Assembly (NCBI GenBank): GCA_963530025.1
Contig: CAUSBY010000020.1
Coordinates: 2,765-66,764 of the forward strand
Direction of reading: 5' to 3'
DNA from: an uncultured Weeksellaceae bacterium
GTDB lineage: Bacteria > Bacteroidota > Bacteroidia > Flavobacteriales > Weeksellaceae
DNA: 64,000 bases
Part shown: positions 20,147-30,095 of the stretch, one piece after another
Layout: the number at the start of each line of letters is the position of its first letter
Position numbering within the stretch: position 1 is the stretch's first letter
Notes under the pieces: generated by a model
What the model was told of the DNA's origin: nothing
Seen by the model: only the letters and a program-made list of their open reading frames with translations
The model's database searches: none
Made by a program: the position numbers and the translations under genes

Positions 20147-20527
20147 TTAATTTTCACTATTCAGAATTACAAACTCCATTGTTTTCTCAACGTGTTCTTT
20201 TTCTATGATTCCTTTTGCATAAAATGAGTTGTCTCCAGAATCATATTTCTCGAGATAAGCTTGATTGATTTTATTTTCGATGTCAGCTAAATCCGATGGA
20301 ATCTTGGCTTCAATCTCATAAATTGTTTCTCCACATTTTATCTCGCCAAGATTGTCTTTCAGAAAAGTATTGTACCAGCTTCTTTCAGCAAATCCCCAAG
20401 AACGTGCAAAAATTCTGTTTTCTACAGTAACCATCCAAATTTCCAAAAACGATTCTCTTTCTTTTCCGGCTTTTATCCCAATAAGATTATGAGAATCGAT
20501 ATATTGAATTGCATTTTTGTTGTTCAT
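20147..20527 (-). CDS. DUF2255-like protein
   Basis: EIWMV...FARSW...SWY, INQAYLEKY. Confidence 0.7.
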   Translation of the reverse strand: MNNKNAIQYIDSHNLIGIKAGKERESFLEIWMVTVENRIFARSWGFAERSWYNTFLKDNLGEIKCGETIYEIEAKIPSDLADIENKINQAYLEKYDSGDNSFYAKGIIEKEHVEKTMEFVILNSEN

Positions 20528-20547
20528 TTTTTTTGATTTTATAAATT

Positions 20548-20580
20548 AAACCTTCAATGTTTTACAAATACTGAAGGTTT
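20548..20580 (-). terminator. Hairpin after dcp
   Basis: aaaccttca/tgaaggttt inverted repeat. Confidence 0.55.
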
Positions 20581-20591
20581 AAAATTTAATT

Positions 20592-22610
20592 TTATCCAAA
20601 AGCTCTTTTCAGCAAACTCTCCACTTTCGGCTCACTTCCACGGAAAGCTTTAAACAATTCCATCGGGTCTTTTGTTCCACCAGAAGAAAGAAGGATTTTA
20701 TATTTCGATGCAATTTCCGGATTGAATATTCCATTTTCTTTGAAATACTGGAAAGCATCCGCATCCAAAACTTCTGCCCATTTATAAGAATAATATCCAG
20801 CCGAATATCCACCTTGGAAAATATGTGAAAAACTTGGTGCAGTAGCCGTTTCCGGATTTGAAGGATAAAGACTGGTTGAACTTGTTTTTTCTACCTCAAA
20901 CTCTTTCACACTCAAATTCTCCAATTTACTAGCTTCCGAATGAAAAGCCATATCCAACAATCCAAGACCAACTTGTCTCATCGTCTGATAACCTTCCATA
21001 AAAGATTTGCTTTGAGATAATTTCTCGATTTTTTCGTCAGGTAAGATTTCTCCAGTTTGATAATGTTTGGCAAAAGTTTTCAAAAACTCTGGTTCATAAC
21101 AGAAATTTTCCAAAAATTGAGAAGGCAATTCCACAAAATCCCATTTAACCGAAGTTCCGGAAAGGCTCGGATATTGAGTGTCTGCCAAAACGCCGTGAAG
21201 TGCGTGTCCAAATTCGTGGAATAAAGTTGTCACTTCTTGGAAAGTCAGTAAACTTGGTGTGTCTTTCGTTGGTTTTGTGAAATTACAAACGACAGAAATA
21301 TGTGGACGAGAATTTGCTCCGTTTTGTTTGTACTGATTTTTATAACTCGTCATCCACGCGCCAGCACGTTTTCCTTTCCTTGGATGATAATCTGCGTAGA
21401 GTAGGGCTTTTACATTTCCGTTTTCCGTGATTTCGTAGGTTTTCACATCTTCGTGATACTTTTGAATATCATTGATTTCTTTAAATTCCAATCCGAACAA
21501 TTTTCCTGCTAAGCCAAAAACTGCTTCCTGAACTTTTTCCAATTGGAAATAAGGTTTCAGCTCTTCATCATCAATATCGAATTTCTGCTTTCTTAATTTT
21601 TCAGCATAAAAAGCGTGGTCATAACTTTGGATTTCTTCGATTCCGTCAGCTTTTGCTAAAGATTTCAATTCTTCGATTTCTTTTTGAGCGTAAGGTGTAG
21701 CTTTTTCAAGAAGTTCATTTAGGAATTCAAAAACTTTTTCAGGCGATTTCGCCATTCTTTCTTCTAGAACGAAATCTGCATAATTTTTATAACCTAACAA
21801 TTCCGCTTTTTCCTGACGAAGTTTCACGATTTCTTTGATGAGATTTTGATTATCAAATTCTCCGCCGTCAAACGATTTTTTTCCATTAGCCAAAGCCAAT
21901 TCTTTTCTCAGTTCACGGTTTTCAGCATAAGTCATTGCAGGAAGATAACTCGGATATTGCAAAGTAATGATGTAACCTTCCAAACCTTTTTCCTTCGCAT
22001 CTTCTTCATATTGCTGAATAATTGCTTCCGGAATTCCTTTTAATTCATCTTTGTTTGTGGTGTGTTTGAAATAGGCGTTGGTTGAAGCCAAAGCATTTTG
22101 CCCGAATTGTAGAGATTTGATAGACAAATCCATATTGATTTTCTCCAGTTTCTTTTTGTCTTCTTCATTTAATAAAGCACCGCTTCTTACAAAACCTTTA
22201 TAAGTTTCATTGAGTAACATTTGTTGTTCTTCATTCAATGACAAAGTGTCTTTTTGGTCGTAAACGCTTTTGATTCTTTCGAATAATTTTTCGTTTTGAG
22301 AAATTTTGGAGGAAAATTCTGTCAAAAGTGGCGAAACTTCCTGAGCGATTTTCTGAATCTCATCATTAGTTTCAGCAGAATTCAAATTAAAGAAAATATT
22401 GGAAACTCTGTCCAATTGTTCTCCTGAGAAAGCCATTGCTTCAATTGTGTTTTCGAAAGTTGGTTCTTGAGAGTTATTTGTAATTTCATCAATTTCTTTT
22501 TCAGAAGTTTTTACTAATTCCTGAAAAGCGGGAAGATAATGCTCTTCTTTGATTTCTTGGAAAGGTGATGACGTATATTTTGTATTGAATTTTTCTAAAA
22601 GTGGATTCAT
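20592..22610 (-). CDS. dcp: M3 family metallopeptidase (peptidyl-dipeptidase Dcp-like)
   Basis: TLFHEFGHALH, DFVELPSQ, GGYSAGYYSYKWAE. Confidence 0.93.
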   Translation of the reverse strand: MNPLLEKFNTKYTSSPFQEIKEEHYLPAFQELVKTSEKEIDEITNNSQEPTFENTIEAMAFSGEQLDRVSNIFFNLNSAETNDEIQKIAQEVSPLLTEFSSKISQNEKLFERIKSVYDQKDTLSLNEEQQMLLNETYKGFVRSGALLNEEDKKKLEKINMDLSIKSLQFGQNALASTNAYFKHTTNKDELKGIPEAIIQQYEEDAKEKGLEGYIITLQYPSYLPAMTYAENRELRKELALANGKKSFDGGEFDNQNLIKEIVKLRQEKAELLGYKNYADFVLEERMAKSPEKVFEFLNELLEKATPYAQKEIEELKSLAKADGIEEIQSYDHAFYAEKLRKQKFDIDDEELKPYFQLEKVQEAVFGLAGKLFGLEFKEINDIQKYHEDVKTYEITENGNVKALLYADYHPRKGKRAGAWMTSYKNQYKQNGANSRPHISVVCNFTKPTKDTPSLLTFQEVTTLFHEFGHALHGVLADTQYPSLSGTSVKWDFVELPSQFLENFCYEPEFLKTFAKHYQTGEILPDEKIEKLSQSKSFMEGYQTMRQVGLGLLDMAFHSEASKLENLSVKEFEVEKTSSTSLYPSNPETATAPSFSHIFQGGYSAGYYSYKWAEVLDADAFQYFKENGIFNPEIASKYKILLSSGGTKDPMELFKAFRGSEPKVESLLKRAFG

Positions 22611-22641
22611 AATTTTAATATGGAATTTTATTTTTGTATGT

Positions 22642-22715
22642 GCTTCGAGAGTCTCAGTAGAACAGCTTACAAAGTATGTTGTTTTTATACTATCAGGCTG
22701 AGGCTCTCGAAGCCT
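22642..22715. repeat. REPIN-like family A copy
   Basis: tcaggctgaggctctcgaagcct is the exact reverse complement of 8106-8128. Confidence 0.8.
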
Positions 22716-22774
22716 TTTTCTTATTTTGTTGAAATCACAAATTTAGTACCTAAAGTTGAAAGTATGACAAAATT

Positions 22775-22890
22775 GCGCCCCGACTTGAACGGAGCTCATT
22801 TTTTTATTGCGATTGTTGGAATGTTCTATTTAAGGATTTGGTTCTATCGCAATAAAAAATAGCGGGAGTGGAAGGCGGATAAAGGCGTCC
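22775..22890 (-). repeat. Structured dispersed repeat, family B copy 2
   Basis: Reverse complement reads ttatccgccttccactcccgct...gagctccgttcaagtcggggcgc, with a longer central hairpin. Confidence 0.85.
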
Positions 22891-22969
22891 TAAATAAATA
22901 TTGCCATAGGAAAAGTGATTTGTGTTTAAATTATTTTTAGATTTGTTAGTAACTCAAACTATGTAAATT

Positions 22970-23500
22970 ATGAAGAAATTTTTGAAAATTATTGGCGTAA
23001 TCTTAGCGATTTTTATTGCTTATTGCGTGATTGCAATGTTGTTTTTTGACAGCAAATGTCATAACGAACAATCTATTACCATCAATGCTCCGGAAGAAAA
23101 AGTGTGGCAGAATGTGAATTCTATGAAGGCTTTCAACACTTGGAATCCGTGGATGAAGTACGACCCGAATCTGGTTGTAACTTACAAAGGCACAACTGGC
23201 GAAGTGGGTGACGGTTACACTTGGAAAGGAAATGATGATGTGGGCGAAGGCGAACAGGAAATCACTGCCATTGTCCCAAATGAAAAAGTGGCGACGAAAA
23301 TGCATTTTATCAAACCGATGGATGATAATGCGACTTCTGACTTGCTTTTGACATCTGAAGGTTCCGGAACAAAAGTGACTTGGAATATTGATTATGAAAT
23401 TGAAACGCTTTTCAAACCGATGAAACCGATGATGACTTGGCAGATGAATAAATCATTCTCCGAAGGTCTGGGAAAGTTGAAAGAACTTTCTGAAAAATAG
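22970..23500 (+). CDS. SRPBCC/START-domain protein
   Basis: SITINAP.EKVW, WNPW..DP, VGEGEQEI, FSEGLGKLK. Confidence 0.88.
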   Translation: MKKFLKIIGVILAIFIAYCVIAMLFFDSKCHNEQSITINAPEEKVWQNVNSMKAFNTWNPWMKYDPNLVVTYKGTTGEVGDGYTWKGNDDVGEGEQEITAIVPNEKVATKMHFIKPMDDNATSDLLLTSEGSGTKVTWNIDYEIETLFKPMKPMMTWQMNKSFSEGLGKLKELSEK

Positions 23501-23505
23501 AAAAC

Positions 23506-23535
23506 AAAAATCGCCTCGAATATTCGAGGCGATTT
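23506..23535. terminator. Bidirectional terminator
   Basis: aaatcgcctcgaa-ta-ttcgaggcgattt between convergent genes. Confidence 0.85.
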
Positions 23536-23561
23536 CATTTGATTTGAAAATTTATTTTGTA

Positions 23562-26381
23562 TTATTTGATGATTAGTTTAGAAACTGCCAAACCTTCATC
23601 AGACTTTAATTGAACTAAATAAGTTCCGGAAGTGATTCCGTTTACAGAGAATGTTTCGTCTCCTTTAGCAGATTTCAATCCGAAAGTGTTTACTAATTTT
23701 CCGTTAAGGTCATAGATGTTGATTTGTCCGTTTTTAGCTTTGTTGTATCTGATTTTCAATAATCCGTCAGTGGCAGGATTTTGAGTGATTTGTAAAGATG
23801 TTTTGTTAGCATCGATTTTAGTTTCGTCAGTAGTAAGAGCCGTTTGATTACCAAAAATTCTGAATTCACCCGGCTGAAGAACTACTGTTGTGGATGCATT
23901 TGCAGACATAGAAGAATTGTCCATCAAGTTGTACCAATTTCCAGAATATGGAAAGCTAGGTGTTACAGTTTGTGCAGTTGTTGTGAAGTTAGCTACTACA
24001 ACTACGTTTTTCAAAGAAGATGAAGGCAAAGCATCATTCCAAACAAAAATTCTTGGTAAAAGATTTCCGGATTCTACTGTGAAAGTAGTTGTGTCAAAAA
24101 CCTGGCTTGATAATCTGATTGCTAAGATTTTTGACCAAGTGTCATAAATTGCTTTTCTGCTTGCATCCGTATCATAACCTAATGTGAAAGCAACTGGTTT
24201 CGGAGAAGTTCTACAATCGTTGCTGATAGTTCCGTTCTCACATCTGTTGATGCTGAATTCGTAACCCAATTCTCCAAATTGCCAAATCATTTTAGGACCT
24301 GGAACTGTAAAGAATACTGCTCCAAATGCTTTTTGTCTTTCAAGAGCTGTATTTAAATCTTTTACGCTGTACGAACCGTTAACGCTTCCATAAGCTAAGT
24401 TTTTGAACATTAATCTTTCCTCATCGTGACTTTCGCCATAACTCATATTTCTTCTTTCGGAGAAATCGTGATTTCTAAAATCAACTCTGTTGAAGTTGCT
24501 GTCAGATGCGTAACCCATTGTGTTTTGATTGTAAGGTCCAACCAGATTGTCCCACATCATTACGCCTTTTCCTTCGTTCAATCTATAATCTGCCCATTGT
24601 TTTTCTTCAGCATTTCCGCCTAAATGTTCGAAAATAATATAAGAAGTTGGGTCATAAGACCATTGATAATCAGAGTATAATTTTAATACATCAACTCTAT
24701 CTTGTTGGTAGGCTCCGGTACAGGATTCGTCTGAAGCTGTACAGTTTTGAGTAAATCCTTTAGTCAAATCCCAACGGAATCCGTCAATTTTATATTCAGA
24801 AATCCATTGTTCCAAAACTCTGTTTACATAATATCTTGTTTCAGTTTTAGAATGGTTGAAATCATAAAAAACACTATAAGCGTGTTTTGCAACCTGATTA
24901 AAATATGGATTGTTTGCCGCAACATCTCCATAACCACCATTTGGACTTGTTGACCAAAGTCTTTCCAACGGAGATCTTCCGGAAGCGTGGTTAAGCGCAA
25001 CATCAAGAATTACAGCAATTCCATTTTGGTGGCATTTGTCAATAAATTCTTTAAATTTTTCGGGTGTTCCGTAAGCTTTATCTAAAGCCAAGTGAAATCC
25101 TGGGTTGTATCCCCAAGAATTATTTCCATCAAATTCCATAACAGGCATCAATTCTATTGCATTAACATTAAGTCCTTTGATATAAGGGATTTTGTCAATC
25201 ATCGATTGCCAATTTTTCTGCTCTGTAAAATCTCTAACCAAGGCTTCGTAAACAATAAGATTTTGTTTTGCTGGTTTTTGGAAATTAGTAACATTCCAGT
25301 TGTAAGCAGGTTTTGCAGTTTGGATTACAGAAACGTCGTATTGTTGTCCAGATGGGTAAGTAGGTAATCCAGGATATGTAGTTGAGGAAATCCAAGGGTC
25401 GTCATCCGGAGACAAAACCAGTGTTGAATAAGGATCGGCAACTTTGATTCCATCATTTGTTCTGTACTGGAAAGTATAAACTTGTTGAGGTGTAAGTCCT
25501 GTAATTTCTAACCAATAAAGATTGGAATTATTGGTATCTCTTTTCATTACATAATTAGAAGAGATCTGCCAATTGTTGAAGCTTCCTATAACATGAACAT
25601 AATTTTTAAGAGGAGCATATAAAGCTAATCCAACTTTTGTGGGGTCATTAGAATCATAGCTTATACCTTGTCTCATGTAAGATGGAATCGCTGCTGTTTG
25701 CACATTCGGGGTAGGAGATGCAGTGAATTTTGATGTTAATGTAGTACCCGATGCAGTTGCAGTTACTTCAATTTGATTGTCGGTAGTTATGGTTTGTGAA
25801 GTTGAAATGCTAGAAACATTATTGGCTGTATAGATTGTACTACCATTTGATTTTACCACATAATTTGCTGGCAAAGAGGTGCTGTAAGAGATTGGGAGAT
25901 TGCTACCTGTCGTTACAAAATTAACAGAACCATTGGCTGGGGTGGTTGTTACAAATTGCAACTTTCCAACTTCTGAATAGATGTCTTGAGATTGCCCATT
26001 TCCGGTTTTGGTTTTCAATAGGAAACCAATTCTTCCCAATCCTGTTCTGTTGTAGAAATTTTTAGGAATGAAAGACATCGTGTAAGTGTCATTTCCGGAG
26101 TTGTAAGTTAATTTGTTGGTCTCGCTAGAGGCTGCCCATGATCCATTGGTAGGGCAATCTTGGCTATTAGCATCATTGCTGTCATAGGACCACGACCAAA
26201 GGTATAATGCGTTATTGGTAACGCCCCAAGTGGATTCGTTGATGCTACTTCCATTAAATGTGATCGTAATGGATTCGTCCTCGTTGAAAGCAGACGGACT
26301 TATCGAATAAGTGACAGTTTGTGTCTGCGCAAAGCTTAGGATTGCAATAAAAATTGCAATCAGGTTGTAAAATTTTTTCAT
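23562..26381 (-). CDS. Secreted GH13 alpha-amylase/pullulanase-like protein with T9SS C-terminal domain
   Basis: Signal peptide, NSWGYNP, DGFRWDL, ESHDE; C-terminal NPA...IYDLNGK...GTYLV...KLIIK. Confidence 0.9.
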   Translation of the reverse strand: MKKFYNLIAIFIAILSFAQTQTVTYSISPSAFNEDESITITFNGSSINESTWGVTNNALYLWSWSYDSNDANSQDCPTNGSWAASSETNKLTYNSGNDTYTMSFIPKNFYNRTGLGRIGFLLKTKTGNGQSQDIYSEVGKLQFVTTTPANGSVNFVTTGSNLPISYSTSLPANYVVKSNGSTIYTANNVSSISTSQTITTDNQIEVTATASGTTLTSKFTASPTPNVQTAAIPSYMRQGISYDSNDPTKVGLALYAPLKNYVHVIGSFNNWQISSNYVMKRDTNNSNLYWLEITGLTPQQVYTFQYRTNDGIKVADPYSTLVLSPDDDPWISSTTYPGLPTYPSGQQYDVSVIQTAKPAYNWNVTNFQKPAKQNLIVYEALVRDFTEQKNWQSMIDKIPYIKGLNVNAIELMPVMEFDGNNSWGYNPGFHLALDKAYGTPEKFKEFIDKCHQNGIAVILDVALNHASGRSPLERLWSTSPNGGYGDVAANNPYFNQVAKHAYSVFYDFNHSKTETRYYVNRVLEQWISEYKIDGFRWDLTKGFTQNCTASDESCTGAYQQDRVDVLKLYSDYQWSYDPTSYIIFEHLGGNAEEKQWADYRLNEGKGVMMWDNLVGPYNQNTMGYASDSNFNRVDFRNHDFSERRNMSYGESHDEERLMFKNLAYGSVNGSYSVKDLNTALERQKAFGAVFFTVPGPKMIWQFGELGYEFSINRCENGTISNDCRTSPKPVAFTLGYDTDASRKAIYDTWSKILAIRLSSQVFDTTTFTVESGNLLPRIFVWNDALPSSSLKNVVVVANFTTTAQTVTPSFPYSGNWYNLMDNSSMSANASTTVVLQPGEFRIFGNQTALTTDETKIDANKTSLQITQNPATDGLLKIRYNKAKNGQINIYDLNGKLVNTFGLKSAKGDETFSVNGITSGTYLVQLKSDEGLAVSKLIIK

Positions 26382-26821
26382 TGGTCTATATATGAGATTT
26401 TAAATATAAACTTTTTTCATCATTTGATCTGTTTTTTTATTTCTATGATATTAGTTTACGTAAGTATTTGATAATTAGTATATTGTTTGTTTTTTATTTT
26501 TGATATTTTTGTTTTTTTAGAGTTTAATGTTAATTTTTTTTTAACCAAAAGTTAAGTCTGAATTTATTAATCATTAATATTAAAAATGTTGTTTTTCGTG
26601 GTATTTTGAAAAATAAAACGGCATATGTTTTCGTAGTCTACGTTATTTTATGTATTTTTACAATCAAATAAAAAATAATAAACAATTATTTTAAGTTATT
26701 GTTGAATATTTGGATGTGGTATTATTCTGATATATTTGACCTCTATTTTCAAATACAAAGCGTGTTTTAAGATTTATTGAAATAAATTTAATTTTAATCA
26801 AAAAAAATAATCAAAGAAATT

Positions 26822-27292
26822 ATGAAAAGTGCATCTGAAACTGGTTATCATTTAGACGGAGTGGATAAAGAGATCATTTACATGTTAATGGATAATGCCA
26901 AAACCTCTCTTGCACATATTTCCAAACACGTAGGTATCTCTACAACAGCTGTTCATCAAAGAATCAAAAAACTAGAATTGGCAGGTGTTATAGAAAATTC
27001 TATTTCTTTCCTTAATCCTAGAAAGATAGGTTACAAAGTGGTTTCTTATATTGGTGTTTTCTTGGATCAGCCAAGTCATTATCAAGATGCGATCAAGAAT
27101 CTTAACTTGGTAAATGAAGTTGTAGAAGCTCATTATACAACTGGAAATTATACGATTTTCCTAAAAGTCCTTTGTAAAGATAATGATCACTTGATGGAGA
27201 TTCTTAACAAGATTCAGAAATTGAAAGGTGTTACAAGAACAGAAACTATTCTTTCCCTAGAGCAAAGCATCAACAGACAACTGAAAGTTTAA
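26822..27292 (+). CDS. Lrp/AsnC family regulator
   Basis: LDGVDKEII...AVHQRIKKLE..GVI, HYTTGNY. Confidence 0.93.
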   Translation: MKSASETGYHLDGVDKEIIYMLMDNAKTSLAHISKHVGISTTAVHQRIKKLELAGVIENSISFLNPRKIGYKVVSYIGVFLDQPSHYQDAIKNLNLVNEVVEAHYTTGNYTIFLKVLCKDNDHLMEILNKIQKLKGVTRTETILSLEQSINRQLKV

Positions 27293-27354
27293 AAAATTTT
27301 ATATAATCACGAAAGGGTACAAAATATTTGTATCCTTTTTTTATTTTTGTAATT

Positions 27355-28098
27355 ATGGAAATCAATCAATATTTAGACTCAACATATCTGAAAACTCCAG
27401 AACAATCTGGTTTGACAGAGGAACAAACTTTCGAAATCGTTAGAGAACTGACAGACGAAGCAATTGCTTATAACTTTAAAGAAGTGATGATTCGTCCAAA
27501 CTATGTTAAATTAATCAAAGATTATTTAATTTCGAAAAATTCTGATGTTCTTGTAGGAACAGTAATCGGTTTTCACGAAGGAACCTATTCTTTGGAAGAC
27601 AAATTGAAAGAAGCTAATCAAGCAATTTTGGATGGCGTGGATGAATTGGATTATGTTATCAATTACGAAGCTTACAAAAAAGGCGAATTGGTTTTAGTTG
27701 AAAAAGAGTTTATTGAAGGAACAAAACTAGGGCTGGATTTCGGTAAAACTGTAAAATGGATTATTGAGATTGCTGCACTTACAGATTCTCAAATTGCTGA
27801 TTTGACAGCCAACATATGGAAATGGGCTCAAGCTAATTTTGAAGAAAAAGATTTCTCCAAGATTTTTGTTAAATCCTCCACAGGATTCTTTGTAACTGAA
27901 GGTGGAAAACCAAACGGAGCCACTTTTGAAGGCGTGAAAATTATGCTTGATAATGCCGGGAAACTGCCAGTGAAAGCGGCTGGTGGTGTGAAAACACCTG
28001 CTGATGCAGAAAAAATGATTACAATGGGAATCCAGAGAATTGGAACGTCTTCTGCAAAAGCACTTCTTGGAGAAGGCGAGGCGGGAGCTGGATATTAA
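27355..28098 (+). CDS. deoC: Deoxyribose-phosphate aldolase
   Basis: LDSTYLK, TVIGF, DELDYVIN, VKSSTGF, VKAAGG, RIGTSS. Confidence 0.92.
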   Translation: MEINQYLDSTYLKTPEQSGLTEEQTFEIVRELTDEAIAYNFKEVMIRPNYVKLIKDYLISKNSDVLVGTVIGFHEGTYSLEDKLKEANQAILDGVDELDYVINYEAYKKGELVLVEKEFIEGTKLGLDFGKTVKWIIEIAALTDSQIADLTANIWKWAQANFEEKDFSKIFVKSSTGFFVTEGGKPNGATFEGVKIMLDNAGKLPVKAAGGVKTPADAEKMITMGIQRIGTSSAKALLGEGEAGAGY

Positions 28099-28120
28099 TA
28101 AATCTATCTTAAAAAATAAC

Positions 28121-28146
28121 AAAACCTCTCAAATTTGAGAGGTTTT
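28121..28146. terminator. Bidirectional terminator
   Basis: aaaacctctcaaa/tttgagaggtttt between convergent genes. Confidence 0.85.
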
Positions 28147-28156
28147 GTTTTTATTA

Positions 28157-29317
28157 TTAATGACCATTAAAAAACTCTAGCATTGTTTCTAGAGCATTTT
28201 CAGAATGCATCAGTTCTCCGTTTTCCAGAGATTCTTTGGCTGCAACTGAGGCTCTTTTCTGCATATTCTTTTCATAAACAGAAATTACTTCGGTTAATGA
28301 ATTATATTTATCAGATGTCAGACATTCACTTAACTCCAATGCGTCCAACATCGCCATATTAGCACCTTCACCTGCAAAGGGAGGCATTACGTGAGCTGCA
28401 TCACCAATCATTGTGAGATTTGGCAGGGTCTCCCAAGTCTGGTCAAGTGGCATACAATAGATTGGTCGTGGAACGAAAGGAGCTTCTGCACTTTCAAATA
28501 ATTCATACCAGATATTGCTCCATTCAGGGTAATTGGCTTTGAACCATTTAATAATTTGAGATTTATCATTAAAATCCAAACCGCTTTCAATCGTCCAATT
28601 TTCATCAGCTTTGAAACTTGCATAGAAACCAATGTCACCATTTCCTTTCTGTCCCATCAATAGATTTTTCTCATTTCCGAAAGCCATTATTTTTCCACCT
28701 TTCAAAAGAGCATTGATATTTGGAGCAGTTTCTTTTGCACTGTAGATATTTCCTTCCAACATTGTAATTCCTGAATAGAAAGCTTTGATGTCATTAATGT
28801 AAGGACGAATTTTAGAATTCGCGCCATCAGAAGCAATTACGATATCTGCATAAATCGATGAACCGTTTTTGAAATGTAATCTCCAACCTTCATTTTCTTT
28901 CTCCATCGAAATGAAATGGCTATCCCAAACTACAGTTTCAGATTGTAAAGATTCTAATAATATTTGTCTTAAAGTTCCACGGTCAATCTCTGGACGAAAA
29001 TGTTCGTGACCAAAATTTTCCTCAACTTTTGTGTCGTGGTCACTGAAAAATATTTCTGCCAGCTCATTCATTATTAGCTTTTTATCAGCACCAGGAAGAA
29101 AATTGTTTTTAAATTCTTCCAATAATTCTGCTTTTCGAATCGCAGCCAGACCAGATTCGTCGTGCAAATCCAAAGGCGAACCTTGAACACGTGCATTTTT
29201 ATCAAAATCTCTTTCGTAAACTTTCACATCAGTACCTTTCAGTTGTAAAAGACGAGCTAAAGTCAGTCCACCAGGACCACCCCCAACAATGGCAATTGAT
29301 TTATTATTGATTAGCAT
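28157..29317 (-). CDS. FAD-dependent monooxygenase, Tet(X)-like family
   Basis: GGGPGGLT, VYERD...AR..G..LDLH..SG, RPEIDR, MIGDAAHVMPPFAGEGAN. Confidence 0.85.
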   Translation of the reverse strand: MLINNKSIAIVGGGPGGLTLARLLQLKGTDVKVYERDFDKNARVQGSPLDLHDESGLAAIRKAELLEEFKNNFLPGADKKLIMNELAEIFFSDHDTKVEENFGHEHFRPEIDRGTLRQILLESLQSETVVWDSHFISMEKENEGWRLHFKNGSSIYADIVIASDGANSKIRPYINDIKAFYSGITMLEGNIYSAKETAPNINALLKGGKIMAFGNEKNLLMGQKGNGDIGFYASFKADENWTIESGLDFNDKSQIIKWFKANYPEWSNIWYELFESAEAPFVPRPIYCMPLDQTWETLPNLTMIGDAAHVMPPFAGEGANMAMLDALELSECLTSDKYNSLTEVISVYEKNMQKRASVAAKESLENGELMHSENALETMLEFFNGH

Positions 29318-29341
29318 AATTTTAAATTTTATGCTGCAAAG

Positions 29342-30094
29342 TTATTTGGTGTGATAAACTAAAAATTGTAAAAAACGGTCGTTTTGATTTTTGAATAATT
29401 CTTTGGGAGAAACGCCGGAGAGTTTTTTGATTTCTTTGATGAAATGTGATTGGTCGGTAAAATTGAGCTGAGGAAAAAGATTACCGTCTTTGATATGATG
29501 AAGCGAAGCCTGAAAACGCAAAATTTTACAATAATATTTTAATGAAATCCCCAATTGCTTGTTGAAATAACGATTGATTTGGCGTTCGTTCCAGACTATT
29601 TTTTCAGAAAGTTCTTTGACGCTGATTTCTCCATCGGTTTCAAAAATCAAATTGAATAATTTTCTTTTTCTTTCATCAATTTCTTTAGGTAAAAGTGATT
29701 GGATTTTCTGATTTGCCTTTTCACAAAACGATTCAAAATTATCTAAATCATCAATATTAAAGTCCCAAAAATTGTCAGGTAATTCTTTTCCGCTGTCAAC
29801 AAATTCTGCAATAGATTGATGAAGAATGTATTCCAAAGCCAAAGGATTAAAACTGATTGAGAAAAAAGTTTCAATTTTTCTTTTAGGCATTGGTTTCGGT
29901 TCTGTTTCCAAACCCATTAAAACAATTTGGAATTGATTATCACTCGTTTTACAAAAGAGCAAATCAATTTTCCCATTCGGAATAATCACACCTTCATTGA
30001 AGCCTGCAAGATTTTCCAATGACGAATAACAATACACAAAATCAGCCAGAGATTGGTCTGGCTTGATAAGTTTGTATTGTAACTCAGTAGACAT
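29342..30094 (-). CDS. AraC-type HTH regulator (DUF6597-like N-terminus)
   Basis: IIPNGKIDL, ERQINRYF...GIS.K, FTDQSHFIKE. Confidence 0.85.
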   Translation of the reverse strand: MSTELQYKLIKPDQSLADFVYCYSSLENLAGFNEGVIIPNGKIDLLFCKTSDNQFQIVLMGLETEPKPMPKRKIETFFSISFNPLALEYILHQSIAEFVDSGKELPDNFWDFNIDDLDNFESFCEKANQKIQSLLPKEIDERKRKLFNLIFETDGEISVKELSEKIVWNERQINRYFNKQLGISLKYYCKILRFQASLHHIKDGNLFPQLNFTDQSHFIKEIKKLSGVSPKELFKNQNDRFLQFLVYHTK

Positions 30095-30095
30095 T

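Noticed and set aside
22620..22862. Short ORFs over repeat-rich intergenic DNA (also 32620-32844, 47201-47422)
   Set aside because: They translate repeat elements or overlap real genes and have no protein-like features.
26382..26821. Long AT-rich intergenic region next to an asnC-like gene as a possible oriC
   Set aside because: No clear TTATCCACA-type DnaA boxes seen; consistent with a divergent promoter region.
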